A stretch of 64,000 bases of DNA from Planctomycetota bacterium (GCA_030748415.1 JASMMA010000004.1:150501-214500), one strand, 5' to 3'. Shown: positions 1-10,566, numbered from the stretch's first letter. Numbers and translations are program-made. Notes: generated from the sequence alone by a model not told the origin.

Positions 1-1
1 T

Positions 2-1645
2 CTCGTTGAGAATTCTCTCCCGATTCCAGAAGACCCAAACTCTCCCGGCGGAGGATTCAAACCCCACCTTCAAGAGCCGGCCAATGATGTTTTTGTTCGA
101 AAAATTGGAGAACCGGTTGAAGACCGAGACATCATGATTGAAGAGATTCTCCGGGCATTTCAATTCCGTGGTGTGATGAATACTTACGATCATGCCCAGG
201 TTCAGGGGACTCGCCTTGTTCCAGTATTTAGAACTTTGCGGGCTTTGGACACCGGCGAGGGATACCCAGGACGATTAGATCGAGTTGCGATTATGCAACC
301 CGACACCGCCGGGTTGTCCACCCCACCTTGGTACACCATTGAATGGGCTTGTGCTGTCCCCTTTCAAGATGCACGCCTTTTTTCCGTCGGAAGCACCTAT
401 GTTGCTTTCCAAGAGACTCCCGGCTTGCCCTATCTCGCAACCGATTTAAGCTCTTTGGATCCCGAGGCTGGTGATTGGGACCCCCGAATGATTGCTCGGA
501 TTTGCAAGTTCCCAAGTGGGGAACGCCCATTAGAGCTTCAATCTTTATCACTTGGCGGAAGTGTTCTCGGCGGCGGCGCTTTATCTGGTTTCATGGATGA
601 GGTTTTCGTTCATTCGGCAGGGGGGCTGGGGTCTCCCAACCTTCCTACCGCACGAGGTTCCTTTGTTTTGTCTGCAGATCTGCCAGAGGGGGCAAGCGAT
701 TCCTTTGAGTTGCATTTGTATGCCCTCACTGTGGACAATCATCGAGTGTGGGCTCCCACCTCTGGCTTGTTTTTAGACATGCTCCCAGAAAGTGGACTTC
801 TTGACATTGATGGCGAACGCATTGCCTATATGTCTCGAGATTCTTCAACGGGTTTGTTTCAAATCGCACCAAATGGTCGAGGGTTGCATGGGACCCAAGA
901 GCGGGGGCACGCAGCCGGAACTTCGGTTTGGCTAGTGGACTCTCGTCCGTTTACAGTCTTGGTGAATGATGTTGGCCCTGCCGACTCGGTTTTCCCCGTC
1001 GAAGATTCAGCATCAATGGCCGCTCGCCCTCTTTTATTAGTGGGCGATGAGTTAGTGCACACCCCCTTGAGGTCTCCTGATGGTGCATTAGCTATGCCTC
1101 AGCGCCGACCTCCAAAGGACGATGCCTCATCTTCCTTGAGCGACGGTGGGGAAGGACTTTTGCGAGGTCGATTTGGAACCCTCCCTGCTGCCCACGCGGT
1201 AGGGACTCCGGTTTATTCCATGCCCCATCGATTTGAGGATCGCTGGATTGAACATTCCGATTCCCCAGCAGGTGCCTGGGCAGAATTTTCTTTCGACGAG
1301 CCCAATGCCTTTTGGCGAGGCATTCAATGGCAAGCGGATATTCCTGATTCTTCAATAAGGCTTCATGTTCGAGCGCGCGCCGGCTCCGCTGAGTGGGGGG
1401 ACATCCCTGAAGAAACTCGTGGCCTTCTCAATTTAGATGAGCCACCCGGGCCCGATGGTTTAATTCCTCTTGGCCTTCACTCCGACCGCTTAGATGTGCG
1501 TTTTAGTTTTGATTGGGGCGCAGGCGCTTTTGACCCAGTTGATTTCCTTTCAATTGGGTGGCTGCAAATGCCAGTACTTGAAGAAGTTATTTTGGACTAC
1601 TTTGCGGAGCCCAGAATTGAGTTGAGGGAGGAAATTCGAGAATGA
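2..1645 (+). CDS. hypothetical protein, 5' end truncated by the window edge
   Basis: The reading frame of the 134..1645 ORF stays open back to nt 2 with no stop codon. The stop overlaps the next gene start (ATGA). I recognise no family motif. Confidence 0.5.
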   Translation, partial: LVENSLPIPEDPNSPGGGFKPHLQEPANDVFVRKIGEPVEDRDIMIEEILRAFQFRGVMNTYDHAQVQGTRLVPVFRTLRALDTGEGYPGRLDRVAIMQPDTAGLSTPPWYTIEWACAVPFQDARLFSVGSTYVAFQETPGLPYLATDLSSLDPEAGDWDPRMIARICKFPSGERPLELQSLSLGGSVLGGGALSGFMDEVFVHSAGGLGSPNLPTARGSFVLSADLPEGASDSFELHLYALTVDNHRVWAPTSGLFLDMLPESGLLDIDGERIAYMSRDSSTGLFQIAPNGRGLHGTQERGHAAGTSVWLVDSRPFTVLVNDVGPADSVFPVEDSASMAARPLLLVGDELVHTPLRSPDGALAMPQRRPPKDDASSSLSDGGEGLLRGRFGTLPAAHAVGTPVYSMPHRFEDRWIEHSDSPAGAWAEFSFDEPNAFWRGIQWQADIPDSSIRLHVRARAGSAEWGDIPEETRGLLNLDEPPGPDGLIPLGLHSDRLDVRFSFDWGAGAFDPVDFLSIGWLQMPVLEEVILDYFAEPRIELREEIRE

Positions 1646-2562
1646 GACATTCTCCCCATCTGTATCGAAAATCAGGAATGACTTTGGTGGAAGTCACTCT
1701 TGCACTTGCCCTTCTTGCTCTCTTGGGTCTTTTTGTAACGGGTGTCGTTCGCTCAGTTCTTGGAATATGGCAAACGGCCGAACGGCAAGGCAAAGGGGAC
1801 ATCTCCTTTAATTCATGTCATGAGCTGATGAGTTCCGATATTGCGGCCTTGCACACGGGCCCTCGTGGCTGGATGGTGCTTGACCAATGGGAAGCACTTC
1901 CCGCTACAGAAGAGCAACCTGCTTGGTTATTGCCGCGCTTGCGTTTTTTGGCTCGCGCGAGTGGCCTTCGAGATAATCCAGGCTTTCGAGGTGGAATGGA
2001 AGTAATGTGGACTCTTGTTCCAGAAAATTCCAGCAACTCTCGTCTGTGCCGCTTGATGCGCTTTACTCAGCCGGACACATTAGAGCAGAGCTTTCAAAGC
2101 GACCGCTATGCGACCGCCATGCTTCGAAGCGATATCGGACTCCCTGTTCTGGATGGAATTCCCTGGTTGGAATGGGAAGCTCAAGAAACGAATGGTGACA
2201 CAAGCACCATCACAGAAGTTGCTTCCCAAACTCCGACCGACTTCCCCGTGGCCTTGCAGCTTCGACTTGAGCACATCGCGGGCTCATCAAGGGAACGCCC
2301 ACCAACATTAGATGAGCCCATTGCTTCATCTCAAAAATCCGCGAGAATACGAGGAACCATGCCCCTCCGCACTTCAAAGTGGGCCCTTCTCGGACTGGAA
2401 TGGGTGGAGTTTTCTGGGAAAGCCCCCCAGCTTTCTTTCACCCATCGTGGGGAACGGGCCACTGTTTCGAGGAGTCATGAGCGTGGAGCCTCCGTTCTCT
2501 TTCCTCGTCCCTTCTCAAGTCGGCTCCCTCTTCCCGCAAAGGGGCGGAGGATTCAGCCATGA
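1642..2562 (+). CDS. pseudopilin-like protein with prepilin-type N-terminal cleavage/methylation motif
   Basis: The N-terminus reads ...KSG|MTLVEVTLALALLALLGLF, i.e. G-[FM]-T-L-x-E followed by a hydrophobic helix. It has 4-nt overlaps with both neighbouring genes. Confidence 0.6.
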   Translation: MRHSPHLYRKSGMTLVEVTLALALLALLGLFVTGVVRSVLGIWQTAERQGKGDISFNSCHELMSSDIAALHTGPRGWMVLDQWEALPATEEQPAWLLPRLRFLARASGLRDNPGFRGGMEVMWTLVPENSSNSRLCRLMRFTQPDTLEQSFQSDRYATAMLRSDIGLPVLDGIPWLEWEAQETNGDTSTITEVASQTPTDFPVALQLRLEHIAGSSRERPPTLDEPIASSQKSARIRGTMPLRTSKWALLGLEWVEFSGKAPQLSFTHRGERATVSRSHERGASVLFPRPFSSRLPLPAKGRRIQP

Positions 2563-2975
2563 AACAAAGAGGGTTCACAATTGTCGAAGTTCTCCTCGCC
2601 ATGGCTCTTTTTGTCGTGGGAGTTACAGCATTGCTGGGCCTTTTCCACTTTGGTGGGGGCTTAGAGCAAGAGGCTCGCACCCACGCAGAATTGGCACCAC
2701 TGATTCCAGCAATTGTGGCCGAGGCCAAAGAAAGGGCCTGGGAGCTGGATGACTCCGGTAACTTGCTGGGTCCCAAAAACCTTTCAGGGATGATGGTTAC
2801 CGGTGCCCCTAGTTACAAGTACGATTTGGAGGTGGTTTCTGGAAACGACCCCGCCCTGGGTCGGGCAACATTGGTCCTTTACAGAAAAAACCCAGACCGG
2901 CCGGCAACAACTCTTCGCTTTCTCCTCCCGAGAATGGTTTCGATGGAAAAACGATTAGAACTTGTAGGAAAATGA
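2559..2975 (+). CDS. small pseudopilin (GspI/minor-pilin-like) with prepilin N-terminal methylation motif
   Basis: MKQRG|FTIVEVLLAMALFVVGV is the classic G-FT-I-V-E motif. The protein is 138 aa, and its stop overlaps the next start. Confidence 0.7.
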   Translation: MKQRGFTIVEVLLAMALFVVGVTALLGLFHFGGGLEQEARTHAELAPLIPAIVAEAKERAWELDDSGNLLGPKNLSGMMVTGAPSYKYDLEVVSGNDPALGRATLVLYRKNPDRPATTLRFLLPRMVSMEKRLELVGK

Positions 2976-4441
2976 TGATTGAATACTTACTTTTAGCAAC
3001 ACTCCCCAGTTTTTCCTGCATTCAGGATGAACCCGCAGAGCTTCTTCGTATGCGAGATGGGCGCATTTTGGTTTGTGACATTTTGGACCACAACATCGAT
3101 GGCCTTTCTGTCCTTTCGCTTCGGAATGGGGGACGGTTTGATTTGACCTGGTCCGACTTGTTCCCTGGCGAGGCTGACCGGATGCGCTCCGAATTGGGTT
3201 ACAAGCTTGATGTCGTGGTTCCTGAAGTTCCAGCCGACCGACTATTGCTCGTGAATAGTCAAGTCCTGGTGGGTCGAATCGTTGGTCGCGATAACGAAAA
3301 CATCCACTTGCGAACATTCGAAAGTACGAGCATTATCCCGCGCTCTCGTTTAGCTGCGCCACCCGAGCCAGTCATGGTGCCTGCACCCGAAGTCCTGACT
3401 CCGGAACAGTTTTATCAGGAACGAGTGAGTTCGGTTGACTCCAGCGACCCCCTTGCCCTTTTAGCCTTTGCGCTCGAACTTCAGTTTGTATTCTCTTTGG
3501 ATCGCGCACTCGAGGTCTTAGACCAGGCTGCCGTCCTTGCTACTGAGGACTCTTCTTTACCGGCTCGCATTCAGAACATGCGCCGCTCAGTTTCCTTGAC
3601 CTTGGAGAACCGTGTTCAAGCTGAAGCATTAGAAAGTATTCGTCATCAAATAAATCGAAAGAGATTTGCGGCGGCAGAGGAAATGCTGGTGACTTTTGGG
3701 GAAGAAAACCCGGACTCACCCCTACGAGTGGAGTACCAAGACTTGATGGACCGCTTTGAAGTCCAGCGAGTGAGTGCAATGGAAGATTTTCTTGCCCGCA
3801 ACTGGTATGGGCGCACTGTTGCCATCGTAAAAAAGAGAGCTCTTGAAAGAGATGCATCTGTTTCTGAACTTCAGACTTGGTCGGAGACTGAGCTTCCACA
3901 ATTGGTTCGCCATGAATTGTTGGCTGACCTTCAAGTGATGAAAGCAGATATCCAAACGGAGGACATTGAAGAGCTGTGGGCCCAACGGATTTCACATGGA
4001 GCTAAAAGGCACCAGGCAGGTTATGGGGTAGGGTCTTGGATTCTAGGAGAAGACCGTGCCCGGGATGGCTTAGATGTAAAAGAAGATACGGCAGACGATG
4101 GGAAGTCCGAACAATTGAAGGCACTTGAAGAGCGCGCAAAGCGATATTTGGACAACCTTGACCGTGCCCGTCGCCAAAGTACGGGTGATGATGAAGAAAC
4201 GCCCGAAGATTGGTGGCGTAGGGCGGGAGCGAACTCTCGCTTTCAATGGTTGATGGCCTACTACGCTGAAAACTCAGGTGACTATGAACTAACTCACGTC
4301 AGTTTCACTGACTGCGCAACATGCGCGGGAAGTGGAGTCATTAGTTCCATTGAACTTGGGAACCAAGGCGGCAAAACTCGGAAGAAGCAGTGCCCGACCT
4401 GTCACACGATTGGCATTCGTCGCTCAATTACCTTCCGCTAG
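2972..4441 (+). CDS. hypothetical protein with C-terminal CxxC...CxxC zinc-ribbon
   Basis: The C-terminus is CATCAGSGVISS...CPTCHTIG, which resembles a DnaJ-type zinc finger. The gene belongs to the same overlapping operon. Confidence 0.45.
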   Translation: MMIEYLLLATLPSFSCIQDEPAELLRMRDGRILVCDILDHNIDGLSVLSLRNGGRFDLTWSDLFPGEADRMRSELGYKLDVVVPEVPADRLLLVNSQVLVGRIVGRDNENIHLRTFESTSIIPRSRLAAPPEPVMVPAPEVLTPEQFYQERVSSVDSSDPLALLAFALELQFVFSLDRALEVLDQAAVLATEDSSLPARIQNMRRSVSLTLENRVQAEALESIRHQINRKRFAAAEEMLVTFGEENPDSPLRVEYQDLMDRFEVQRVSAMEDFLARNWYGRTVAIVKKRALERDASVSELQTWSETELPQLVRHELLADLQVMKADIQTEDIEELWAQRISHGAKRHQAGYGVGSWILGEDRARDGLDVKEDTADDGKSEQLKALEERAKRYLDNLDRARRQSTGDDEETPEDWWRRAGANSRFQWLMAYYAENSGDYELTHVSFTDCATCAGSGVISSIELGNQGGKTRKKQCPTCHTIGIRRSITFR

Positions 4442-4444
4442 AGA

Positions 4445-5308
4445 ATGTCCCCGTTTCGTTTTACGCTTTTACTATGGATTCTCGCAGGGTGTTCAACTCC
4501 TTCTCTGGTTGAGTCTCCAAAACTAAATATTTCGGGCGTTGCTGCTGTTCAAATAAATGGCGCTTCCCTAAACCCTCAAGCTTTTTCTGCGGAGGCGGAG
4601 TTTCTATTCCCGGAAGAAATGCAGGCTGTTCGCCGTGCTCTCCTCAGAAGTGAGATTGCTCGCCTAGAAGGGACTCGGCTTCAGATAGAAATCCCTCCCG
4701 AAGAAATCCAAAGAACTCTTGAGCAAACTGTGCAAGACCTCGAGTCAAACTTGGGTGGACGAGATCATTTTGAGGCATGGTGCCAAAGCCGTTGGGGATG
4801 TTCTCGCGCTGGCTTCGAAGTTTCGCTGAGGCAAAGATTGGCCGATAACCTCCTTTACCAAAGAGTGATGAGAGCAGGCTCCTTCCAGGACGGGTCCTGG
4901 GTGGTATTGGCGGTATCCGCTCGTAGCTTCGAAGAAGCTGAAGATTTTGGGGAGCGGCTTCAGTTAGGGGCAGACCCTCGTGAATGGGGGGTCCCGGTTC
5001 AGAAAGAAGTTCTCCAGTCTTATTGCGTGGAACCCATTGCAGGCGAATTAGATTCTGCCGAGGCCGGCGATGTCATAGGACCCTTCCGCCTGGAAGGAGA
5101 TTCGAACTGGTTTCTTTTCCGTATTCTGGAGAGTCGGGCCAAAACGGAGTATTTGCCTCCTCGAGATGTGCTGCGTCAGGATTTGACCGATTTGCCCCCA
5201 GGCCCGATAGAGGCCCGGTCTTGGTGGGAAGAGATGCTCCGCCGCTATACTGCCAGCGAGAGCCCTTCGGCAATCCTTAAACCCACTCGGAGCTTTGGCG
5301 TCTTCTGA
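4445..5308 (+). CDS. lipoprotein, possibly a degenerate SurA/PpiC (parvulin)-like chaperone
   Basis: It has a lipobox (LLLWILAGC|S). The C-terminal segment GDVIGPFRLEGDSNWFLFRILESR loosely resembles a parvulin domain. Confidence 0.4.
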   Translation: MSPFRFTLLLWILAGCSTPSLVESPKLNISGVAAVQINGASLNPQAFSAEAEFLFPEEMQAVRRALLRSEIARLEGTRLQIEIPPEEIQRTLEQTVQDLESNLGGRDHFEAWCQSRWGCSRAGFEVSLRQRLADNLLYQRVMRAGSFQDGSWVVLAVSARSFEEAEDFGERLQLGADPREWGVPVQKEVLQSYCVEPIAGELDSAEAGDVIGPFRLEGDSNWFLFRILESRAKTEYLPPRDVLRQDLTDLPPGPIEARSWWEEMLRRYTASESPSAILKPTRSFGVF

Positions 5309-5930
5309 AAACCAACCCCCTGAGATCCCGGAAGAACAACTCCGGGTTCTATTTGCACTTCTGTTTTCATCCCCTGACCCAGTCGGGATGGACCGGATTC
5401 GTGAAATGATGTATCCAGATTCCTGCGATGCCGATTCCGAGCCGAAAGAAGAGCTATATAGCCCACGCCAATTCTTGGAAGCGATGGAAGCATGGATCGC
5501 TGAAAGGAATCTCCCTTTGACCCTTCGTCAGGTCGGGAGGGCATGGCGCATGCTTACCTCAGAAGATGTCGCTGAATCCTTGGAGCCAGTTCGTAAACGC
5601 GCCCAAACGGATCGATTGGGCCCAGCTGCCTTGGAGGTCTTAGCCTTAATTGCTTACCGCCAACCTGTTCTCAAAGCAGATATCGATGCCATTCGAGGGG
5701 TCAAAAGCGGACCCCACCTCCGCCATCTGTTAGATCTAAAGCAGATTCGAATCTTGGGCCGCGCCGAACTGCCAGGCCGCCCGTTTCTTTACGGAACAAC
5801 CCGTGAATTTATGGACAAGTTCGGTCTTCGAAATCTATCGGAGCTTCCCGAAGCTGGCCGTTTGGCTCAGCCCGTAGAGGAACCGCCCACCCCCCAAGAG
5901 GCGGAAAGCGCCCAAGGCGAAGCTGAATAG
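5295..5930 (+). CDS. scpB: segregation and condensation protein B
   Basis: The segment LEVLALIAYRQPVLKADIDAIRGV...GRPFLYGTTREFMDKFGL is a typical ScpB winged-helix signature. The start codon is TTG. Confidence 0.85.
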   Translation: MASSENQPPEIPEEQLRVLFALLFSSPDPVGMDRIREMMYPDSCDADSEPKEELYSPRQFLEAMEAWIAERNLPLTLRQVGRAWRMLTSEDVAESLEPVRKRAQTDRLGPAALEVLALIAYRQPVLKADIDAIRGVKSGPHLRHLLDLKQIRILGRAELPGRPFLYGTTREFMDKFGLRNLSELPEAGRLAQPVEEPPTPQEAESAQGEAE

Positions 5931-5987
5931 CTCAAAGCCCTGCCGTGAGGGTACACTTTGCGGCCCGACCGATTGGTCCTACCTCAC

Positions 5988-7733
5988 ATGAATACTCCCC
6001 AAAAGGACACTTCTCAAACTGCACCCGAACTGGAATCCCCTAAGAACAAGTGGGTTCTTTTGGGCTTGGCAATCTTTTGTCTGCTCATCTTCTCAATTAC
6101 GGGTCCCATGACCACTGTTTTTCGAAATATGATGAATGGTGGGCCACCTGAAATGGCAAGAATGGACCTCCCGAGTGGCCCTGCCGTGATAACCCTCGAG
6201 GAATACCGCCTCGCCAGCAATTTCATGCAATGGGATAGCCGTATTTTTGGGGGTCCACGCTCAAGCAATGAAGAGCAAGTGCTGGCCATGGCTGCCAAGC
6301 GAAAACTGGTTGATGATTTAGAGATTGTGGTGGACGACTCTCGTCTTGCAGATTTTCTTTCGATGCAAATGCAGCAACTCCGTCAGGCAGAGTATGCCAA
6401 CATTTGGCGCGGTTTGGGATTCCGGTCTGCTCTTGAATACGAGGGCGTTCTTCGGGAACTATTGCGAGTTCGGACTTTGGGCTCTCTTTTAGCCTCGGGT
6501 GTCAACCCAGGCCCTGAAGAAACCCTGGCTCAATGGTCGAAGGACTTTTCAGAGGTCCGCTATCAGTGGGTTAGTTTTGCGACGAGTGAGTTTGAAAAAG
6601 AAGCTGCGGAACTGCACCCCGAGCAAGAGGCTCTTGCCGCCTTCTACGAAAATGACCTGGACTTTCAGCAGCGCTCCCAACTGGAAAATGAAGAAAGTGT
6701 TGCCTTTGAAACCCTTCTATTGAGCCAAGACTCTCTTGGCACTGATTCGGTGAAGGCCTGGGCACCTTCTGAAGAGCCATCCGAAGAGGCTCTCCAAGCC
6801 TTTTATGACTTCCGTCGATTTACCCTCTATCACCGAGATGATACCGATGAGAAGATTGAGGAGAATCCCACCCTAACCCGCGAAGAATTGGGCGACCAAC
6901 TATCAAAAGACTATCGTTTGAACCGCGCGGCTTTGGAACTTCGGAGCGCTTTAGGGGAAGCTGAAAGTAACGAAGGGTTCTCTCTTGTGGACTTTGCTAC
7001 TGAGAAGGGTGTGGAGCTGATTCGATTTGAAGAAGCAGTTCCATCCTCCGAGATTCCCAAGCTTGAAAGAGTGGGCTCCGCTGGCCTCCGCGACCTTGCC
7101 TTCGCAGAACTTGGAAAGTGGCTCGGGGAGCCACTTCTTCAGGATGGCGTTGCGGTTCTTGCCCGGCCTTTTGAACAGAATGCTCGTGCCATGCCAGAGC
7201 TTGCTGAAGTTCAGGAGTCGGTAGTCGATTTCTGGCGCGAAAAAGAACAGGCGCGCTTAGCCCGAGAAGCAGCCGAAGCATTTGTTGCTGCTGTTCCACT
7301 GGCCGAAGGTGCCCTTGAAGGGGACCCCATCACTCAATCTGCTGAAGAATTTGCTGCGGCTGTTGCCGCCGCAGGCCGAGTGGTTCGCGTTCAAGATTGG
7401 ATTTGTCGCCGGATGCGAATGGTAAACGACCCTCGTTGGGATTCCGAAGAGAAGGTTCGCCCATGGTTGCGAAATATGGTAGGTGCTCAAGCAGAAGAAC
7501 TTCTTGATGGAGAAATTCTTGAGCCCCTTGAAAATGCTCGCGAAGGAATCTTTGTTGTCGCTCAACTCTTGGAACAAAGAGAGGCCGATAGCGAGAAGAT
7601 GTGGCCTGGCGAAGTTGACTATGCGCGTCGAACTGCCCGCCAGGAAGCGACCCGCCGCTTTTGGGATGAAGGTCTTTCTTATGAAGGGCTTGCCCGGGCT
7701 TACAACATCGAGAAAATCAACAGCGAGAATTAA
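5988..7733 (+). CDS. membrane-anchored periplasmic protein, PpiD/SurA-N-like (function uncertain)
   Basis: There is an ATG at 5988, in frame with the track ORF that starts at TTG 5958. The protein has one N-terminal TM helix (WVLLGLAIFCLLIFSITG) followed by a long acidic helical region. Confidence 0.4.
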   Translation: MNTPQKDTSQTAPELESPKNKWVLLGLAIFCLLIFSITGPMTTVFRNMMNGGPPEMARMDLPSGPAVITLEEYRLASNFMQWDSRIFGGPRSSNEEQVLAMAAKRKLVDDLEIVVDDSRLADFLSMQMQQLRQAEYANIWRGLGFRSALEYEGVLRELLRVRTLGSLLASGVNPGPEETLAQWSKDFSEVRYQWVSFATSEFEKEAAELHPEQEALAAFYENDLDFQQRSQLENEESVAFETLLLSQDSLGTDSVKAWAPSEEPSEEALQAFYDFRRFTLYHRDDTDEKIEENPTLTREELGDQLSKDYRLNRAALELRSALGEAESNEGFSLVDFATEKGVELIRFEEAVPSSEIPKLERVGSAGLRDLAFAELGKWLGEPLLQDGVAVLARPFEQNARAMPELAEVQESVVDFWREKEQARLAREAAEAFVAAVPLAEGALEGDPITQSAEEFAAAVAAAGRVVRVQDWICRRMRMVNDPRWDSEEKVRPWLRNMVGAQAEELLDGEILEPLENAREGIFVVAQLLEQREADSEKMWPGEVDYARRTARQEATRRFWDEGLSYEGLARAYNIEKINSEN

Positions 7734-9649
7734 TCCTCTGGCGATTCTGGTCCAAGATAGGGACCGGAGTCTTCGAGTGTCCTAAGCAGCAACTCCCTAA
7801 CGGATTTTTCCGCGGGTGCTTCGTGTCGCGCCAACCGTTCAAATAGTGGGCGCTGCTGGTCTGCGTAAAAAGCGGCCTGTGAAAGTTCTTCGCGGCATAC
7901 TTCGTGGGCACTTCGACGAGCTGCTGCGAAAGCTAAGAATGAATGCCCCATCAAGAAGTGAGCACGGGCCTTCTTTTGGTTTTCAAGTAGGGATAGAGTT
8001 CCATTCCTGTTTTGGGTGGTCCCCATTTCTTCAAGCCAAAGAGTGCGCGCTTCCCTGATGGATGGGTGTTGGGCGGCAAACGATTCTGCTTGAATTAAAT
8101 ACTCATGAGCCAGGAGAGGGGAACCTGAAAGCATTTCAAGTTTGAGCAAGCTGGTGAGTGCAAAGAGGTCCGCAGGGTCTTGAGAGATTGCGTTTTTGAG
8201 AGCCTGTCGGACCTGGTCGGGATTGTTGCCCAATCGGCTTAATCTTGAAGCTTCCAAATCCCATGCAACTGCGTGCCAGGGTCGCCACCAAAGAGCGCGT
8301 TGAATATTTTGGGCTTCAACGGTGAACTCATGCTTATCCAAATCGCCTTCCAACACCGAACGGGATAAAAAGTATTCCCCCGCGAGTTGTGGAACAGCAG
8401 CAACACCAGCCAAAAGCGCGAATCCACCAAGAAGAAGCCGAGAAAAAGGACCCTGCTTGGAAGGCGAGCCTGATGAGTCACAGGGATTATTGGTAGTTGA
8501 GGAACTCGCGAGCAATAGAGCAGCAAATGCAAGTGAGGCTCCGTTGTCAGCAAAAGGGGAACGTACGCTTGCATGAACAGCCATGGCAACTAAAGGGGCC
8601 CATGTCCAGGTGCTGCGATAGGGACGGCGGAGCAATCGGAAAAAGCAAAAAAGGAGAAAAGCAAATCCCAACCAGCCAGTTTCCACCCAAGCAAGAAGGG
8701 CTTCATTGTGCGGATCTTTCGCTCTGGGTGTTGCGGGATCAGAGAAGTTATGGCTCGCGACCCGCAAAATCTCTGGGTTTTGCCAATGCGGATGGTGCTT
8801 TTCGTATTGCCCAAGGCCGATGCCAAGTGGGTGGGTCATTGCGTATTGAGCAACCGATAGGCTAGTTAACCACCGAACTTGAATGGAAACATTTGTTTCA
8901 CTTTGAGACTCGTTGTTTGGGAGGGCAACCGTTTCTGGCTCGGAACCCGATTCCTCAAAATGTCCGAGTGAATCACCGAAGGCCATTGCGAGAAGGACAA
9001 AGCCCAGAATGAAAAGTTGTTGGGGCTTTTTCCACGGAAGCAGGAACAGCATCCCAATTAATAAGGAGACCCAGGCAGCAAAAACATGAAGGCTTCCTAA
9101 AAAGAAAGCAACCGGAACCAAAAGGAGAATGCGAGCGGTGAGAGTGCGGGGCCACTCAAGAGCCAAAGCAGCCAGTAACGCAGGAGCTAGGATTTCAGCG
9201 GCATGATTGGTTCCTGGCAGTGGGGCTGTTGGTGCGGAATGGGACATAGGCCGCCAAGAAAATGGGTCGAACCCAAACAGTTGGAGGAGCCCATAACCGG
9301 CAGCTGCAAAGATGCCGCCTAAAACCCATGGCCAAGCCTTTGCTAGTGCCTTTGATTGATGAGCCCCAACACAAAGAATTGTAAAGGCACCCAGCCAAGG
9401 AGCTCGATCCACCAAACCGCCCAAAATAGAAAAAGAAGAGGAAGATGTTTCAATAAAAAGAGGCAAGCATCCTAGGAAAATGAAAGCTGCAAATGGAAGA
9501 GTTCCAGAAACAGGAGTCGGTCGTTTCCATAAATAAGCAATCAGAGCAATTAGGGAAAGCAGGGCCCCATCAAAACGGGCAGCGTCCAAAAGGCCGGGTG
9601 ACCAGGCCCAAACCGGAACTAGGACCGCAGCAATCAGGAGCCACATCAT
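7730..9649 (-). CDS. O-antigen ligase (Wzy_C) domain membrane protein with C-terminal TPR-like region
   Basis: It is polytopic, contains the motif DPHNEALLAWVETGWLGFAFLL typical of O-antigen ligase/polymerase domains, and has a helical-repeat C-terminus. Its start overlaps the ftsY stop. Confidence 0.65.
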   Translation of the reverse strand: MMWLLIAAVLVPVWAWSPGLLDAARFDGALLSLIALIAYLWKRPTPVSGTLPFAAFIFLGCLPLFIETSSSSFSILGGLVDRAPWLGAFTILCVGAHQSKALAKAWPWVLGGIFAAAGYGLLQLFGFDPFSWRPMSHSAPTAPLPGTNHAAEILAPALLAALALEWPRTLTARILLLVPVAFFLGSLHVFAAWVSLLIGMLFLLPWKKPQQLFILGFVLLAMAFGDSLGHFEESGSEPETVALPNNESQSETNVSIQVRWLTSLSVAQYAMTHPLGIGLGQYEKHHPHWQNPEILRVASHNFSDPATPRAKDPHNEALLAWVETGWLGFAFLLFCFFRLLRRPYRSTWTWAPLVAMAVHASVRSPFADNGASLAFAALLLASSSTTNNPCDSSGSPSKQGPFSRLLLGGFALLAGVAAVPQLAGEYFLSRSVLEGDLDKHEFTVEAQNIQRALWWRPWHAVAWDLEASRLSRLGNNPDQVRQALKNAISQDPADLFALTSLLKLEMLSGSPLLAHEYLIQAESFAAQHPSIREARTLWLEEMGTTQNRNGTLSLLENQKKARAHFLMGHSFLAFAAARRSAHEVCREELSQAAFYADQQRPLFERLARHEAPAEKSVRELLLRTLEDSGPYLGPESPED

Positions 9650-10563
9650 TCAACCGATTGAGGTTCAAGGAGGGCTTCAAGGAATTCTTCAGAGTTGAAG
9701 ACTTCAAAGTCATCAACTTGTTCTCCGAGGCCGATGAATTTCACCGGTACTCCGAGTTCTCTAGAAATGCCAAGAACAGCCCCACCTTTTGCGGTGCCAT
9801 CCAATTTAGAGAGAATGACCCCGGAAAGGGGGGTAGATTCGCCAAAGCGCCGTGCTTGTTGGATTGCATTTTGACCTGTTGTGGCATCCATGACCAGGAG
9901 TGTTTCATGGGGCGCATCAGGTATCTGTCGTTTGATAATTCGAGCAATTTTCTCCAGTTCACTCATTAAGTTCTTTTGAGTATGCAAACGACCAGCAGTA
10001 TCGATGACTAGAACATCAGCATCGCTTGAAAGCAATCTTGCGCAAGCATCGTGAGCCACGGCAGCAGGATCCGAAGTGTCACTTCCGCGTACACATTCAA
10101 CACCGAGTCGTTCACTCCATATGCAAAGTTGTTCAACGGCGGCAGCTCGGAAAGTGTCAGCCGCAGCAATCAATGGCCGCCGACCTTGTTCCTGGAGCCA
10201 ACGCACGAGTTTGGCAACACTTGTGGTTTTCCCCGACCCATTGACCCCAACAACAAGCAAAACTGTGGGGCCAATTTCTGCAAATCGAATGGGCGAAGGG
10301 TTGGAGTCTGGAAGAATTTCCCGAAGGCTGTTCTGGAGCCATGCAGGAATATCAGAAGGGCTTCCGATGTCGCCCGATTGGAGTTTTGATTCGGCTTCGA
10401 TTAGCAAGGACTCGGCCAGCGGCCCTACATCTGCCGTGTAAAGTAGTTCCTCAAGGGTCTCAAGGGTAACTTGAGTGCTGGTGTCTCCCCCGAGTTTTCG
10501 CAGCGCATGAGATATGCGGTTTCGCGTTCGGGTTAGCCCCCGTTTGAAGGAAGCTAGGACCAA
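9646..10563 (-). CDS. ftsY: signal recognition particle receptor FtsY
   Basis: SRP GTPase motifs are present: GVNGSGKTT, DTAGRLH, LSKLDGTAKGG. Confidence 0.95.
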   Translation of the reverse strand: MVLASFKRGLTRTRNRISHALRKLGGDTSTQVTLETLEELLYTADVGPLAESLLIEAESKLQSGDIGSPSDIPAWLQNSLREILPDSNPSPIRFAEIGPTVLLVVGVNGSGKTTSVAKLVRWLQEQGRRPLIAAADTFRAAAVEQLCIWSERLGVECVRGSDTSDPAAVAHDACARLLSSDADVLVIDTAGRLHTQKNLMSELEKIARIIKRQIPDAPHETLLVMDATTGQNAIQQARRFGESTPLSGVILSKLDGTAKGGAVLGISRELGVPVKFIGLGEQVDDFEVFNSEEFLEALLEPQSVE

Positions 10564-10566
10564 GTG

